Shown in pieces: positions 40,861-50,483 of a stretch of DNA of 64,000 nucleotides. Position 1 is the first letter of the stretch, and each line of letters begins with the position of its first letter. The notes beneath the pieces are model-generated. The model saw only the letters and a program-made list of their open reading frames with translations, did no database searches and was not told the DNA's origin. A program made the translations under genes and the position numbers. This DNA comes from Alphaproteobacteria bacterium (lineage in GTDB: Bacteria; Pseudomonadota; Alphaproteobacteria; Micavibrionales; Micavibrionaceae), in NCBI GenBank assembly GCA_050633325.1, contig JBOEGH010000005.1, forward strand, positions 171,779 through 235,778. Reading direction: 5' to 3'.

Positions 40861-41400
40861 CCTATTAATTAATATTATTTTTGTGTCGCCGTACGTTTTT
40901 TCGCTATCAGTTTCACACCCCGAAAAACCACTGCATGTGTAATACCTTTCAGACTCGCATACAATCCAACCATCTGGAGCGATCCAATCTCCATCAAGAA
41001 GTCTTTGAACCGTAATATCAATTAATCCTTTTTTATATGGCGGGTCAATAAACACAAGATTATAGGCAGGCACATCACCAGTACGTGCATTTATTTTTGT
41101 CGCATCAGACAACACAAACTCTGCGTCCACGCCTAACATATCTGCATTTTCCTGTGCTAAGGAAATAGATATACGTGACTTATCCATAAATGCACATGAT
41201 TTTGCGCCACGCGAGATGGCCTCCAACCCTAAGGCACCTGTTCCACAAAACGCGTCCAGAACACGACAATCTTCAACCGCACCACGGGATTGCAACATAT
41301 TAAACACTGCACCACGAATTTTATCACTGGTTGGTCTAATTTCATTGTTCTTAGGAACAAACAGCTTTCTTCCGCCAAACTTCCCAGACACTATTTTCAT
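40843..41400 (-). CDS. rsmD: 16S rRNA (guanine966-N2)-methyltransferase
   Basis: Has PTSDKIRGAVFNML, DAFCGTGALGLEA and FIDPPY. Confidence 0.85.
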   Translation of the reverse strand: MKIVSGKFGGRKLFVPKNNEIRPTSDKIRGAVFNMLQSRGAVEDCRVLDAFCGTGALGLEAISRGAKSCAFMDKSRISISLAQENADMLGVDAEFVLSDATKINARTGDVPAYNLVFIDPPYKKGLIDITVQRLLDGDWIAPDGWIVCESERYYTCSGFSGCETDSEKTYGDTKIILINRLADNT

Positions 41401-42311
41401 GATTTTTTACTTTTTTTGCGAAAATTATCGTTTTTTGAAGTGTTTTTTCTATTTTCATGCTGTTTTGGTGATGATTTTTTAAAATTTTTGTTATTTTTGC
41501 TATACGTACGTTTTTCATCAACCGCATCAGTACGCCTATCTAACTTGATACTATTATCCCTAAAGTACTCGCCTATTTGGTTACGCATTACCCCGACACT
41601 AACTTCACTAACTGAGCCTCGTGTCATTTTACCCAAAGAAAACGGGCCATAATCAGTACGAATTAATCGTGTAACACTCAGGCCTAATGCTTCCATTACA
41701 CGTCTAATCTCTCTGTTTTTTCCTTCACGTAAAGTAATTGTTATCCAAGAATTACTTCCCACACTCTCCCTATCTTCTGGCTGTATATCCAATTTGGCAT
41801 CAATTGATTTATAACGTACTCCTTCAACGGTAATACCATTTTTCAAAGATTGCAGGCGTTTTTCATTAACTTTACCATTAACACGTACCCTATATTTACG
41901 TTTCCACCCAGTATCCGGTAATTCCAAATGGCGTGCCAAACCGCCATCATTAGTTAACAAAAGCAATCCTTCAGTGCTTAGGTCTAAACGCCCAATACTA
42001 ACAACACGCGGAAGAGAATCAGGCAATTCATCAAACACCGTAGGACGGCCTTTTTCATCTTTATGCGTTGTAACCAGACCGGGGGGTTTATGGTACAAAT
42101 ACAATTTCGTTTGCTCACGAGACGGTAAAGCCTTACCATCAACGACTATTCTATCGTCTTCTGTTACGTTTAATGCAGGCGAATCAATCTTTTTACCGTT
42201 AATTTTTACACGGCCTTCACCTATCCATCGCTCGGCATCACGACGAGAGCATACTCCCGCACGTGCCATTATCTTTGCAATTCTTTCGCCTTTATGCTTT
42301 TCTTCACTCAT
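41397..42311 (-). CDS. rluB: RluB/RsuA-family pseudouridine synthase with basic C-terminal tail
   Basis: The homologous sequence starts at Met65 of the track ORF (MSEEKHKGERIAKIMARAGVCSRRDAERWI, an S4 domain). The catalytic motif is GRLDLSTEGLLLLTNDG. An AAGGA RBS lies upstream of the ATG at 42311. Confidence 0.85.
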   Translation of the reverse strand: MSEEKHKGERIAKIMARAGVCSRRDAERWIGEGRVKINGKKIDSPALNVTEDDRIVVDGKALPSREQTKLYLYHKPPGLVTTHKDEKGRPTVFDELPDSLPRVVSIGRLDLSTEGLLLLTNDGGLARHLELPDTGWKRKYRVRVNGKVNEKRLQSLKNGITVEGVRYKSIDAKLDIQPEDRESVGSNSWITITLREGKNREIRRVMEALGLSVTRLIRTDYGPFSLGKMTRGSVSEVSVGVMRNQIGEYFRDNSIKLDRRTDAVDEKRTYSKNNKNFKKSSPKQHENRKNTSKNDNFRKKSKKS

Positions 42312-42777
42312 GACTGATCCTTTCACAGAACAAGACCATAGCTGTATGCGCGCCGCAATGGAAGAGGCAAAAAACGCAGCCTTACGCGATGAAGTTCCAA
42401 TCGGCGCAATTATTACCAACCAAGGCGGCGAAATTGTTGCACAGGCAGGTAACCGAACTCGCGAATTAAATGACCCTTGCGCGCATGCTGAAATAATTGC
42501 CATTCGTTCTGCATGTCAAAAATCAAACTCACAAAGAATACCTAAACACACACTGTACGTTACCCTAGAACCTTGTGCCATGTGTGCCGCAGCAATATCT
42601 TTTGCCAGAATATCGCGCGTCGTTTTTGCTGCCGATGATCAAAAAGGCGGCGGGGTATTATATGGTGGAAAGTTCTACAACCAACCAACATGCCACCACA
42701 TCCCAACCGTACAGCACGGGTTAATGGCAGAAGATTGCAGTAAAATATTAAAAGATTTTTTTAAAAGCAAAAGATAA
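42310..42777 (+). CDS. tadA: tRNA adenosine(34) deaminase
   Basis: Has the zinc motifs CAHAE and PCAMC. The homologous sequence starts at MTDPFTEQDHSCMRAAMEEAK (ATG 42310), not at the track start of 41974. Confidence 0.9.
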   Translation: MTDPFTEQDHSCMRAAMEEAKNAALRDEVPIGAIITNQGGEIVAQAGNRTRELNDPCAHAEIIAIRSACQKSNSQRIPKHTLYVTLEPCAMCAAAISFARISRVVFAADDQKGGGVLYGGKFYNQPTCHHIPTVQHGLMAEDCSKILKDFFKSKR

Positions 42778-42785
42778 CAATAATT

Positions 42786-44078
42786 TTACGAATTTTCTTC
42801 TGCTTTTAATGCGCGCCAACCAATGTCACGACGACAAAAGCCTTCTGACCATTCAATACAATCAACAGATTCATAGGCACGTTTTTGCGCTTCGGCAACT
42901 GTTGAGCCGGTCGCAGTAACGCCAAGTACACGACCACCGACACTCAAAATCTCACCGTTTTCACCTCCGGCTGTACCCGCATGAAAAACGTACGCACCAT
43001 CAACTTCATTGGCTTGTTCTATCCCTGCTATCACTGTATTCTTCTCATAAGCACCCGGATAACCTTTGGCCGCCATTACCACACACATCGCAGGATCATC
43101 AGACCAACTGATTTGATCTTTAACTTCATCCAAACGGCCTTGTGCCGCTGCCAACAATATTTGCGCTAAATCACCTTGCATACGCATCATTAATGCTTGG
43201 CATTCAGGATCACCAAATCTGATATTATGCTCCAATAATGTGACAACGCCATTCTTAACCATCAAACCTGCGAACAATACGCCGGTAAAGGCACAACCCT
43301 CTGCCGCCATTGCTGCTATTGTTGGTTCAATAGTTTTCTCGATAATTTGCTGTTCTAATTCAGGTGTAATAAAATGTGCCGGGCTATACGCTCCCATACC
43401 GCCTGTATTTAATCCGGTGTCACCGTCCCCGACACGCTTATGATCTTGTGCCGAAGTTAAAGGTAATATCGTCTTGCCATCTGCCAATGCAAAGAAACTA
43501 ACCTCTTCACCTTCAAGGAACTCTTCGATCACTACTTCATGACCAGCCGATCCGAATGAACTACCTGATAACATATCACGTGCGGCCTCTATCGCTTGGT
43601 CTTTGGTTTCACAGATGATCACACCTTTACCCGCGGCCAATCCATCAGTCTTAACCACAATCGGCATATCCGCATCTTCAATAAAAGAAACAGCCTTTCC
43701 AGCATCTTCAAATCGGCCATATTTAGCCGTAGGGATAGAGTATTTAGCGCACAAATCTTTCATAAACCCTTTTGAACCTTCAAGTTCTGCGGCCTTAGCA
43801 GATGGCCCAAAAACATTCACTCCATTATTGGACAATTTATCAGCCAATCCATCAACCAATGGATTTTCCGGACCCACAACTACTAAATCAACCTCATTAA
43901 CCTTTGCAAAATCAACCAGATCATCAATCGCATCAACTGGAATAGGGACACATTCTGCCTGCGCAGAAATACCAACATTGCCTGGCGCACAATAAAGCTT
44001 CGTGCAACTCTCAGATTGCGACAGCTTCCAAGCCAATGCATGCTCACGTCCGCCTGATCCAACTAGTAATATCTTCAT
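42786..44078 (-). CDS. purD: phosphoribosylamine-glycine ligase
   Basis: MKILLVGSGGREHALAWKL, an ATP-grasp core and GGRVLGVTA. Confidence 0.95.
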   Translation of the reverse strand: MKILLVGSGGREHALAWKLSQSESCTKLYCAPGNVGISAQAECVPIPVDAIDDLVDFAKVNEVDLVVVGPENPLVDGLADKLSNNGVNVFGPSAKAAELEGSKGFMKDLCAKYSIPTAKYGRFEDAGKAVSFIEDADMPIVVKTDGLAAGKGVIICETKDQAIEAARDMLSGSSFGSAGHEVVIEEFLEGEEVSFFALADGKTILPLTSAQDHKRVGDGDTGLNTGGMGAYSPAHFITPELEQQIIEKTIEPTIAAMAAEGCAFTGVLFAGLMVKNGVVTLLEHNIRFGDPECQALMMRMQGDLAQILLAAAQGRLDEVKDQISWSDDPAMCVVMAAKGYPGAYEKNTVIAGIEQANEVDGAYVFHAGTAGGENGEILSVGGRVLGVTATGSTVAEAQKRAYESVDCIEWSEGFCRRDIGWRALKAEENS

Positions 44079-44161
44079 TAATACGCTCCTAAATATGAAT
44101 TACGCCCCATTCATAGCACGAGAGCACAAAAAAACAACTTTGTTATAGTATCTACTGAAAA

Positions 44162-47100
44162 TTATTCCGAATCCATTTCATCCGTAATGGAAATAAGACC
44201 TGCATTACCACCAGAAGCCGTGGTATCAACGCTAACCAGTTTCTCTACTGCAAAGGCACGTAAATAATTAGGACCACCTGCCTTTGGCCCTGTGCCGGAC
44301 ATTGCCATGCCTCCGAATGGTTGCACCCCTACCACTGCACCGATCATAGAACGATTAACATATATATTACCCGCGCCTACAGATTCACTTAAATAATTCT
44401 GCCTTGATAAAATCCGACTATGAACGCCGAATGTAAGGCCATAACCCGTCTTATTTATTTGATCAACAACATCGCCCAAGTCAGATATATTATAGCGAAC
44501 AATATGAAGTACAGGGCCAAAGACCTCTTCCTTAAGCTCATCTATACTTGATATTTCATACGCAACTGGCAAAAATAATCGGCCATCATCAGCTAGCGAA
44601 CCATCGGAAACCGCTCTGCAAATCAATGTAGCATTATAATTCATAAAATCATCATGATCACACAGAGCATTTCTTGAATTAGCATCAATTATGTAGCCAA
44701 CATCCGTTGACAATAATGACGGATCACCAACTCTCAGCTCCGCCACAGCCCCTTTGAGTATTTTAATCACACTATCAGCGATATCACTTTGCAAATACAA
44801 AACACGCAATGCAGAACATCTCTGACCCGCCGAACCAAATGAGCTTTCAATAACATCATCAACAACCTGCTCCGCCAAAGCTGAGCTATCTACTATCATC
44901 GCATTTTGCCCACCAGTTTCCGCAATAAAAGGAACTATTTTCGGGTTTTCAACCGACAGAGTTTTCTGAATATGCTTTGCCGTTGCAGTAGAACCTGTGA
45001 AAACCACACCTGCAACATCATTATGGGATACTATCGCCTCCCCAAATTCTCTACCTTTTGTAAATAAATGCAATACCTCTTTTGGAATACCTGCTTTATG
45101 CATAATTTCAACCGTACGCATCGCAATATAATGTGTTTGAGAAGCAGACTTAGCGATAACAGAATTACCAGACACAAGAGCCGCAACAATTTGTCCGGTA
45201 AATATCGCCAAAGGGAAATTCCATGGACTAATACAGACAAACACGCCACGCCCTTGAAGAGTTAGACGGTTACTCTCCCCCGTATAACCCGGCATTAAAA
45301 TACCGTCTGAGTTAAAGTCCTCACGTGCTCTTGCTGCATAATATCGGCAAAAATCAACAGCTTCTCTTAACTCACCTTGTGCATCACCTATAGTTTTACC
45401 GGCCTCATACACCAGTACAGCCATCATTTCCGGCGCATGTTCTTCTAATAGATCTGCAACTTTCTCTATAATAGTTGCGCGATCATGTACGTCTTTACTA
45501 TTCCATTCAGAGAAAGCATTACTAGCAGTCTCAAAAGCAATATCAACATATTCTAAGCCAATATCATCAATATGCTTACCGTCAATAATTGAACATATAT
45601 TAGTTATAGTTTTCTGACCATAATCCCCAATAAAATCCAACAAATACTGTGATGATTCAGGGTCATCAAGATCTACTCCATGAGAGTTGATCCTGTCTGT
45701 ACCAAATATGCCTGAGGGTAAAGGTATTACTGGGTGACGGTACGCGCCATCATAGCCGCGTACTTGGGATACAGGGTCACGTACAGTATCGACGGCAGTA
45801 ACATTAGAATCTAACAACTGATTAACAAACGAAGAGTTAGCACCATTTTCAAGCAATCTACGTACAAGATAAGGCAACAGATCCTCATGTGGACCAACCG
45901 GTGCATACACACTGACATTAACATCTTTTTCGTTAATCACCTGATCGTACAGCCCCTCACCCATACCATGGAGCCTCTGGAACTCATAATTAACAGAATG
46001 CCTGTTTGCCATATCCTTAATAGCAACAATCGTATGTGCATTATGTGTCGCAAACATAGGGTAAATAACATCACAATGACTGAATAAAGACTGTGCACAT
46101 GCTAGATAGGATAAATCCGTATTACTCTTACGTGTAAAAACACCATATTCAGAAAACCCATGCATTTGTGCGTGCTTAATTTCACTATCCCAATAAGCAC
46201 CTTTAACCAATCGAATCTGAATTTTACGCCCCGATTCTTGCGCACGCTTCGCTAAATAATCGATCAATGGTAAAGCGCGCTTTTGATACGCCTGTACCGC
46301 GAGGCCAAAACCACTCCATCCGTTAAATTGCGCATCATCTAAAATGTTATTTATAATAGCAACTGAAAGCTCCATCCTGTTAATTTCTTCTGCATCTACA
46401 GTAAGAGGCATATCGTACGAAGCAGCCTTAACACATAAACACTTCAACTTTTCCGTGATTTCAGGTATGCAACGATCCTTTTGAGTGTATGTGTAACGAG
46501 GGTGCAAAGCGGATAATTTTACAGAAATTCCTGAATTTCTATCGGTATTTTTGCCATTTTCTTTGTTTTTTTGCCCTATTTCATCAATAGAATCACTGTA
46601 CGCCTTATAATATCTATCTGCACTATCTTGATCACGTGCACCTTCGCCCAACATATCGTAAGACATACGGTAACCTTTACTCTCCCACATAGATGCGTTT
46701 GATATGGCATTATCAATAGAAGTACCCAAGACAAATTGTTTGCCCATCATCTGCATCGCTTTAATCATTGCTTCGCGAATTACAGGCTCTCCCAAACGAG
46801 ACAAAGAACTGTTTAACGTTTTTCTTGTCAAAGACATACCAATACCTGCTGCCTTAGCCATCCAGTCTTTAGAATCACTACCTTGCTTTTGCAGCCATTC
46901 TGCTGCCACAACCTTATCCTTAATCAAATCATTGGCAGTCTTAGCATCAGGAATCCGTAAAAGAGCTTCTGCCAAACACATCATAGCCAAGCCCTCGTCC
47001 GTATTAAGGGAGAACTCCTGTAAAAAAGACTCTAACTGTCCTCCACGTCCTTTATGCGCACGTGTTTTATCAACCAAGTCAGCCGCGGACGAACAAATTA

Positions 47101-47197
47101 CAGCCGCCACATCATCGGACCAATCCAAATATTCCAACAGATCATGAACTACTTGATTTTCATCTTTATAAAGATAAGAAGAGAAAGGATATGTCAT
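44162..47197 (-). CDS. putA: bifunctional proline dehydrogenase / L-glutamate gamma-semialdehyde dehydrogenase (no RHH DNA-binding domain)
   Basis: 1011 aa with an N-terminal PRODH barrel and a C-terminal ALDH domain (FTGSTATAKHI, AETGGQNAMIVD, SAGQRCSALR). Confidence 0.95.
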   Translation of the reverse strand: MTYPFSSYLYKDENQVVHDLLEYLDWSDDVAAVICSSAADLVDKTRAHKGRGGQLESFLQEFSLNTDEGLAMMCLAEALLRIPDAKTANDLIKDKVVAAEWLQKQGSDSKDWMAKAAGIGMSLTRKTLNSSLSRLGEPVIREAMIKAMQMMGKQFVLGTSIDNAISNASMWESKGYRMSYDMLGEGARDQDSADRYYKAYSDSIDEIGQKNKENGKNTDRNSGISVKLSALHPRYTYTQKDRCIPEITEKLKCLCVKAASYDMPLTVDAEEINRMELSVAIINNILDDAQFNGWSGFGLAVQAYQKRALPLIDYLAKRAQESGRKIQIRLVKGAYWDSEIKHAQMHGFSEYGVFTRKSNTDLSYLACAQSLFSHCDVIYPMFATHNAHTIVAIKDMANRHSVNYEFQRLHGMGEGLYDQVINEKDVNVSVYAPVGPHEDLLPYLVRRLLENGANSSFVNQLLDSNVTAVDTVRDPVSQVRGYDGAYRHPVIPLPSGIFGTDRINSHGVDLDDPESSQYLLDFIGDYGQKTITNICSIIDGKHIDDIGLEYVDIAFETASNAFSEWNSKDVHDRATIIEKVADLLEEHAPEMMAVLVYEAGKTIGDAQGELREAVDFCRYYAARAREDFNSDGILMPGYTGESNRLTLQGRGVFVCISPWNFPLAIFTGQIVAALVSGNSVIAKSASQTHYIAMRTVEIMHKAGIPKEVLHLFTKGREFGEAIVSHNDVAGVVFTGSTATAKHIQKTLSVENPKIVPFIAETGGQNAMIVDSSALAEQVVDDVIESSFGSAGQRCSALRVLYLQSDIADSVIKILKGAVAELRVGDPSLLSTDVGYIIDANSRNALCDHDDFMNYNATLICRAVSDGSLADDGRLFLPVAYEISSIDELKEEVFGPVLHIVRYNISDLGDVVDQINKTGYGLTFGVHSRILSRQNYLSESVGAGNIYVNRSMIGAVVGVQPFGGMAMSGTGPKAGGPNYLRAFAVEKLVSVDTTASGGNAGLISITDEMDSE

Positions 47198-47257
47198 ATA
47201 TATATAATATCACGACAAGACTGGAAATTCTTCTTTTTTACGACTAATATTCAAAAT

Positions 47258-48688
47258 ATGAGCGACGATCAGATAAAAAGAAGTAACGTACCCGAATTTT
47301 CAGTATCAGAACTGGCCTTCTCACTAAAGCGTACGTTAGAAGACAACTATGCGCGCGTGCGTGTACGTGGTGAGCTGTCTCGAGTCTCAATACCTAAATC
47401 AGGTCACATGTACTCTAACCTCAAAGATGACAAGTCTGTTATCGATGCCGTCTGTTGGAAGGGTGTTTTATCGAAATTAAGCGTAAAACCAGAAGAAGGG
47501 TTAGAAGTTATATGTGTTGGTCGTATAACCACCTATCCCGCACGATCTAATTACCAACTTATCATAGAATCTATGGAGCTAGCCGGGGAAGGCGCTCTAT
47601 TAAAAATGCTGGAAGAGCGCAAAAAGAAGCTGGCTTCAGAGGGAATATTCTCACCTGACAGGAAAAAAAACCTTCCATTCATACCGCAAAAAATTGGCGT
47701 AATAACATCCCCAACCGGCGCTGTTATTCGTGACATTCTTCATCGCCTAGGTGATAGATTTCCAAGGCATGTTGTTGTTTGGCCTGTAAAAGTACAAGGA
47801 CAGGGCGCAGATCAAGAGATAACCACGGCTATTGATGGGTTTAACACTTTACCAATAGAGGAAAGACCTGACATATTAATCGTCGCACGCGGTGGTGGAT
47901 CGTTAGAAGACCTCATGCCATTTAACGAAGAAAATGTCGTTCGAGCAACTGCAAACAGTGAAATACCTATTATATCTGCTGTTGGCCACGAAACAGATAC
48001 TACACTAATTGATTACGCATCCGATTTACGTGCACCAACACCAACAGGAGCGGCAGAAATGGCCGTACCTGTACGACTTAACCTAATCGCGCAAGTCGAA
48101 GATGATGAGAAACGTTTAATAAACGGAATAAGCCGCCTACTATCGGAAAACAGACACAAATTAGAGGCCACCAGCGCTAAATTAGGCGATCCAATGCGCT
48201 TAATAGAGCTAAAAACACAACGCTTAGACCATACAGCAAGTAAATTAGACCATAACTTTAAACATCAAATTATTAAAAGGTCGAACCAAGTCATACAAAC
48301 ATCATCACGCCTAATAACTCCTAAATCTCGAATAGATACTGCACGTGCATCTCTGGAAAGATGGTCAGAACAAATAGAACACAGCACGGAAAGAGCCATC
48401 GATAACAAAAGAAACATGCTAAATCAGGCACATGAAAAACTGGAGCTTCTTTCCTTTGAAAATGTTTTAAAGCGTGGATATGTTGTGGTTAGAGACCAGA
48501 ATAACAAACCAATCACACAAGCAAGCAAACTCTCACAGGGGCAAGACATAAATCTGCAATTCAAAAATAATGAAAAAATTGGAGCAACCATAAACAAAAA
48601 ATGTAAATCTAGCCCTATAAAGAAACAAAATACCCCTACAAAGCCGTCGCAACCTAAAAGTAATACCGACCAAGGATCTTTGTTTTAG
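47258..48688 (+). CDS. xseA: exodeoxyribonuclease VII large subunit
   Basis: The homologous sequence begins at MSDDQIKRSNVPEFSVSELAFSLKRTLED (ATG 47258), with an OB-fold N-terminus, the catalytic region GRGGGSLEDLMPFNEE...ISAVGHETD and a coiled-coil C-terminus. Confidence 0.9.
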   Translation: MSDDQIKRSNVPEFSVSELAFSLKRTLEDNYARVRVRGELSRVSIPKSGHMYSNLKDDKSVIDAVCWKGVLSKLSVKPEEGLEVICVGRITTYPARSNYQLIIESMELAGEGALLKMLEERKKKLASEGIFSPDRKKNLPFIPQKIGVITSPTGAVIRDILHRLGDRFPRHVVVWPVKVQGQGADQEITTAIDGFNTLPIEERPDILIVARGGGSLEDLMPFNEENVVRATANSEIPIISAVGHETDTTLIDYASDLRAPTPTGAAEMAVPVRLNLIAQVEDDEKRLINGISRLLSENRHKLEATSAKLGDPMRLIELKTQRLDHTASKLDHNFKHQIIKRSNQVIQTSSRLITPKSRIDTARASLERWSEQIEHSTERAIDNKRNMLNQAHEKLELLSFENVLKRGYVVVRDQNNKPITQASKLSQGQDINLQFKNNEKIGATINKKCKSSPIKKQNTPTKPSQPKSNTDQGSLF

Positions 48689-48698
48689 TTAGAGTCAA

Positions 48699-49799
48699 TT
48701 ATATATGTTTAACAAGAGAATACTCGACGAACTGGCCCAATAAACGATCAGATATATCGTTCAACTTATTAGCATTTTCAACAACCGTAGATACAATTTG
48801 AATAACTTCATCCTGGGGTATTTCAGGGGTAATTTCAACGTAATCAGGTACGGTTTTAATTCGCGCATAATAATGAATAATGTCACTAACTAATCTTGGT
48901 TCAAACGAATCAAGCTTATGAGTATTACCATCAAATACAGAGCGATCTAACGCCGGCTGTTTTTGTATTATTTCACCTGTTTTTTTGTATGTTGGCATAA
49001 TTCCTTGATCATCCAACCTTTTAGATACCTCGTCGTAAACAACAAGGTAAGCTTCAATTTTAACTTTATTGGCTTTAACCTCTGCATCAATCATGGATGC
49101 AATAATGTATTTCTCTTTATCTTTCAGACTGCGCTCTTTAGTGGCAAGATCAATGGATTGATTTTGAATATCTACCACACGACCAAACCCTCTCATAATA
49201 TAAAACCCCAGTGAGCACAGAGCCAAAACAAATACTGCCATCAGAAAAAATGCACCCATCATAAAATTCTGACTTTGGCTATCTCCACTGGATATAACAA
49301 CATCATCTGCCCATGCACCCCTTCCGCCCAGACGCGCTTCCTCTTCTGCATTTAGATAAGGTTTTTCATATATTGAGCCGTAAATAGATGCTCTGTCCGC
49401 GCTAGCATAACCTTGTTGAAGCAAGAAAAGGCTTAAATCCTCCTCTTTACTATTTACACATTGCGCCTTAATTACACCCTTATCATCACTACCTTTACTG
49501 ATACAGGTTACCTTTTGGTCGTCGATTTTATTTTCTAAGATTCCTCTTACTTTTAGGTGAAACACACTCGCATCCTTGAGAATTTTCTCAATACCCCAAA
49601 GAGAGATTTCAGTTTCATCAGAAATTAATGTTATGGAATCTACAACATGAACATCATAGGCAACATTACCGTAAGGTTCTTGGACACTTTCTATATTCTG
49701 GCCAAAGGAATGCCCTGCAATAAAAAAAACAGAGAAAAATAACCCAAAAAACCTAATCAGAATATATTTTGATATGTGCTTCATCATCGAATCTTTCAT
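48699..49799 (-). CDS. membrane-anchored hypothetical protein with a degenerate SNase(thermonuclease)-like periplasmic domain
   Basis: Signal/TM N-terminus followed by an SNase-like pattern (VVDSITLISDETEISLWGIEKI...LLQQGYASAD...YLNAEEEARLGGRGAWAD). The canonical DGDT and RLxGIDAPE residues are substituted. A central TM helix and an unassigned ~170-aa cytoplasmic domain follow. Confidence 0.6.
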   Translation of the reverse strand: MKDSMMKHISKYILIRFFGLFFSVFFIAGHSFGQNIESVQEPYGNVAYDVHVVDSITLISDETEISLWGIEKILKDASVFHLKVRGILENKIDDQKVTCISKGSDDKGVIKAQCVNSKEEDLSLFLLQQGYASADRASIYGSIYEKPYLNAEEEARLGGRGAWADDVVISSGDSQSQNFMMGAFFLMAVFVLALCSLGFYIMRGFGRVVDIQNQSIDLATKERSLKDKEKYIIASMIDAEVKANKVKIEAYLVVYDEVSKRLDDQGIMPTYKKTGEIIQKQPALDRSVFDGNTHKLDSFEPRLVSDIIHYYARIKTVPDYVEITPEIPQDEVIQIVSTVVENANKLNDISDRLLGQFVEYSLVKHI

Positions 49800-49955
49800 T
49801 ATTTTTAATGATACATGACATTAATTGATTTTCATATGCCTATAAGCATTAGAAACAAGATAGTATTCACCAAAAAAATAAAAAATATGATAATATTTTA
49901 AAAAAGATTCATTTTTTTGTATCGTAGTTTCACAATAAAAGATTATTATCAAATC

Positions 49956-50474
49956 ATGCGGGTTGATTATAAAGAATTGATGGAAAAACTTGGTGTCGGG
50001 CATGAGCTTGAGCCATATGAAACGCGACCTTGGTTTCTATATGATCCCGAACAAGGCATTTCATGCAGCGCAGAAGTTAGAATAGGCCCCGGTGCAGAAG
50101 ATGTAGAACTTGAAATTCAATTTCTACATGATGAAGAAGATGCACGTTATGACGATGACATAAACTATGGCGGGCCTGAACAAATAATGCTTATGCGCTT
50201 TCTACCCTCCAAAGAACAAATATGGGCAGAAAAAATCATGTATGTCCGTGGCGAAGATTACGCAAACAAAATACATGACTGGGGTGAAAGAGGATGCGCA
50301 TTTTTCTGTAACTGCATTGGTGCATTACAGATGGGCGAAATGCCGGATATTGACGAAATGATAGAACAAGACCTTACAGACAGAAGTAGAACCGGTCGCG
50401 GTGGCCGACGCGGAAAAGTTGGTAAAAAAGGATTTAGGGTAGAGCAAAAACCTGCTATGGGAATGAAAAATTAA
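49956..50474 (+). CDS. hypothetical protein (acidic core, basic RGG-like tail); start uncertain (TTG 49917 or ATG 49956)
   Basis: The ORF has ordinary, non-repetitive amino-acid composition and the C-terminal tail RTGRGGRRGKVGKKGFRV. No family recognised and no clear RBS. Confidence 0.5.
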   Translation: MRVDYKELMEKLGVGHELEPYETRPWFLYDPEQGISCSAEVRIGPGAEDVELEIQFLHDEEDARYDDDINYGGPEQIMLMRFLPSKEQIWAEKIMYVRGEDYANKIHDWGERGCAFFCNCIGALQMGEMPDIDEMIEQDLTDRSRTGRGGRRGKVGKKGFRVEQKPAMGMKN

Positions 50475-50483
50475 ATAATACAA

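Noticed and set aside
41974-42503. Long N-terminal extensions of the tadA (112 codons) and rluB-like (64 codons) track ORFs
   Set aside because: Each extension is the antisense of the other gene's conserved coding region. The homologous N-termini begin at 42310 and 42311 respectively.
46704-47147. 147-aa + strand ORF inside putA, and the 5' extension of xseA (47054..47257)
   Set aside because: They are antisense to the conserved PutA N-terminus. XseA homology only begins at MSDDQIKRSNVPEFSV (47258), and the upstream part translates to nonsense overlapping putA.
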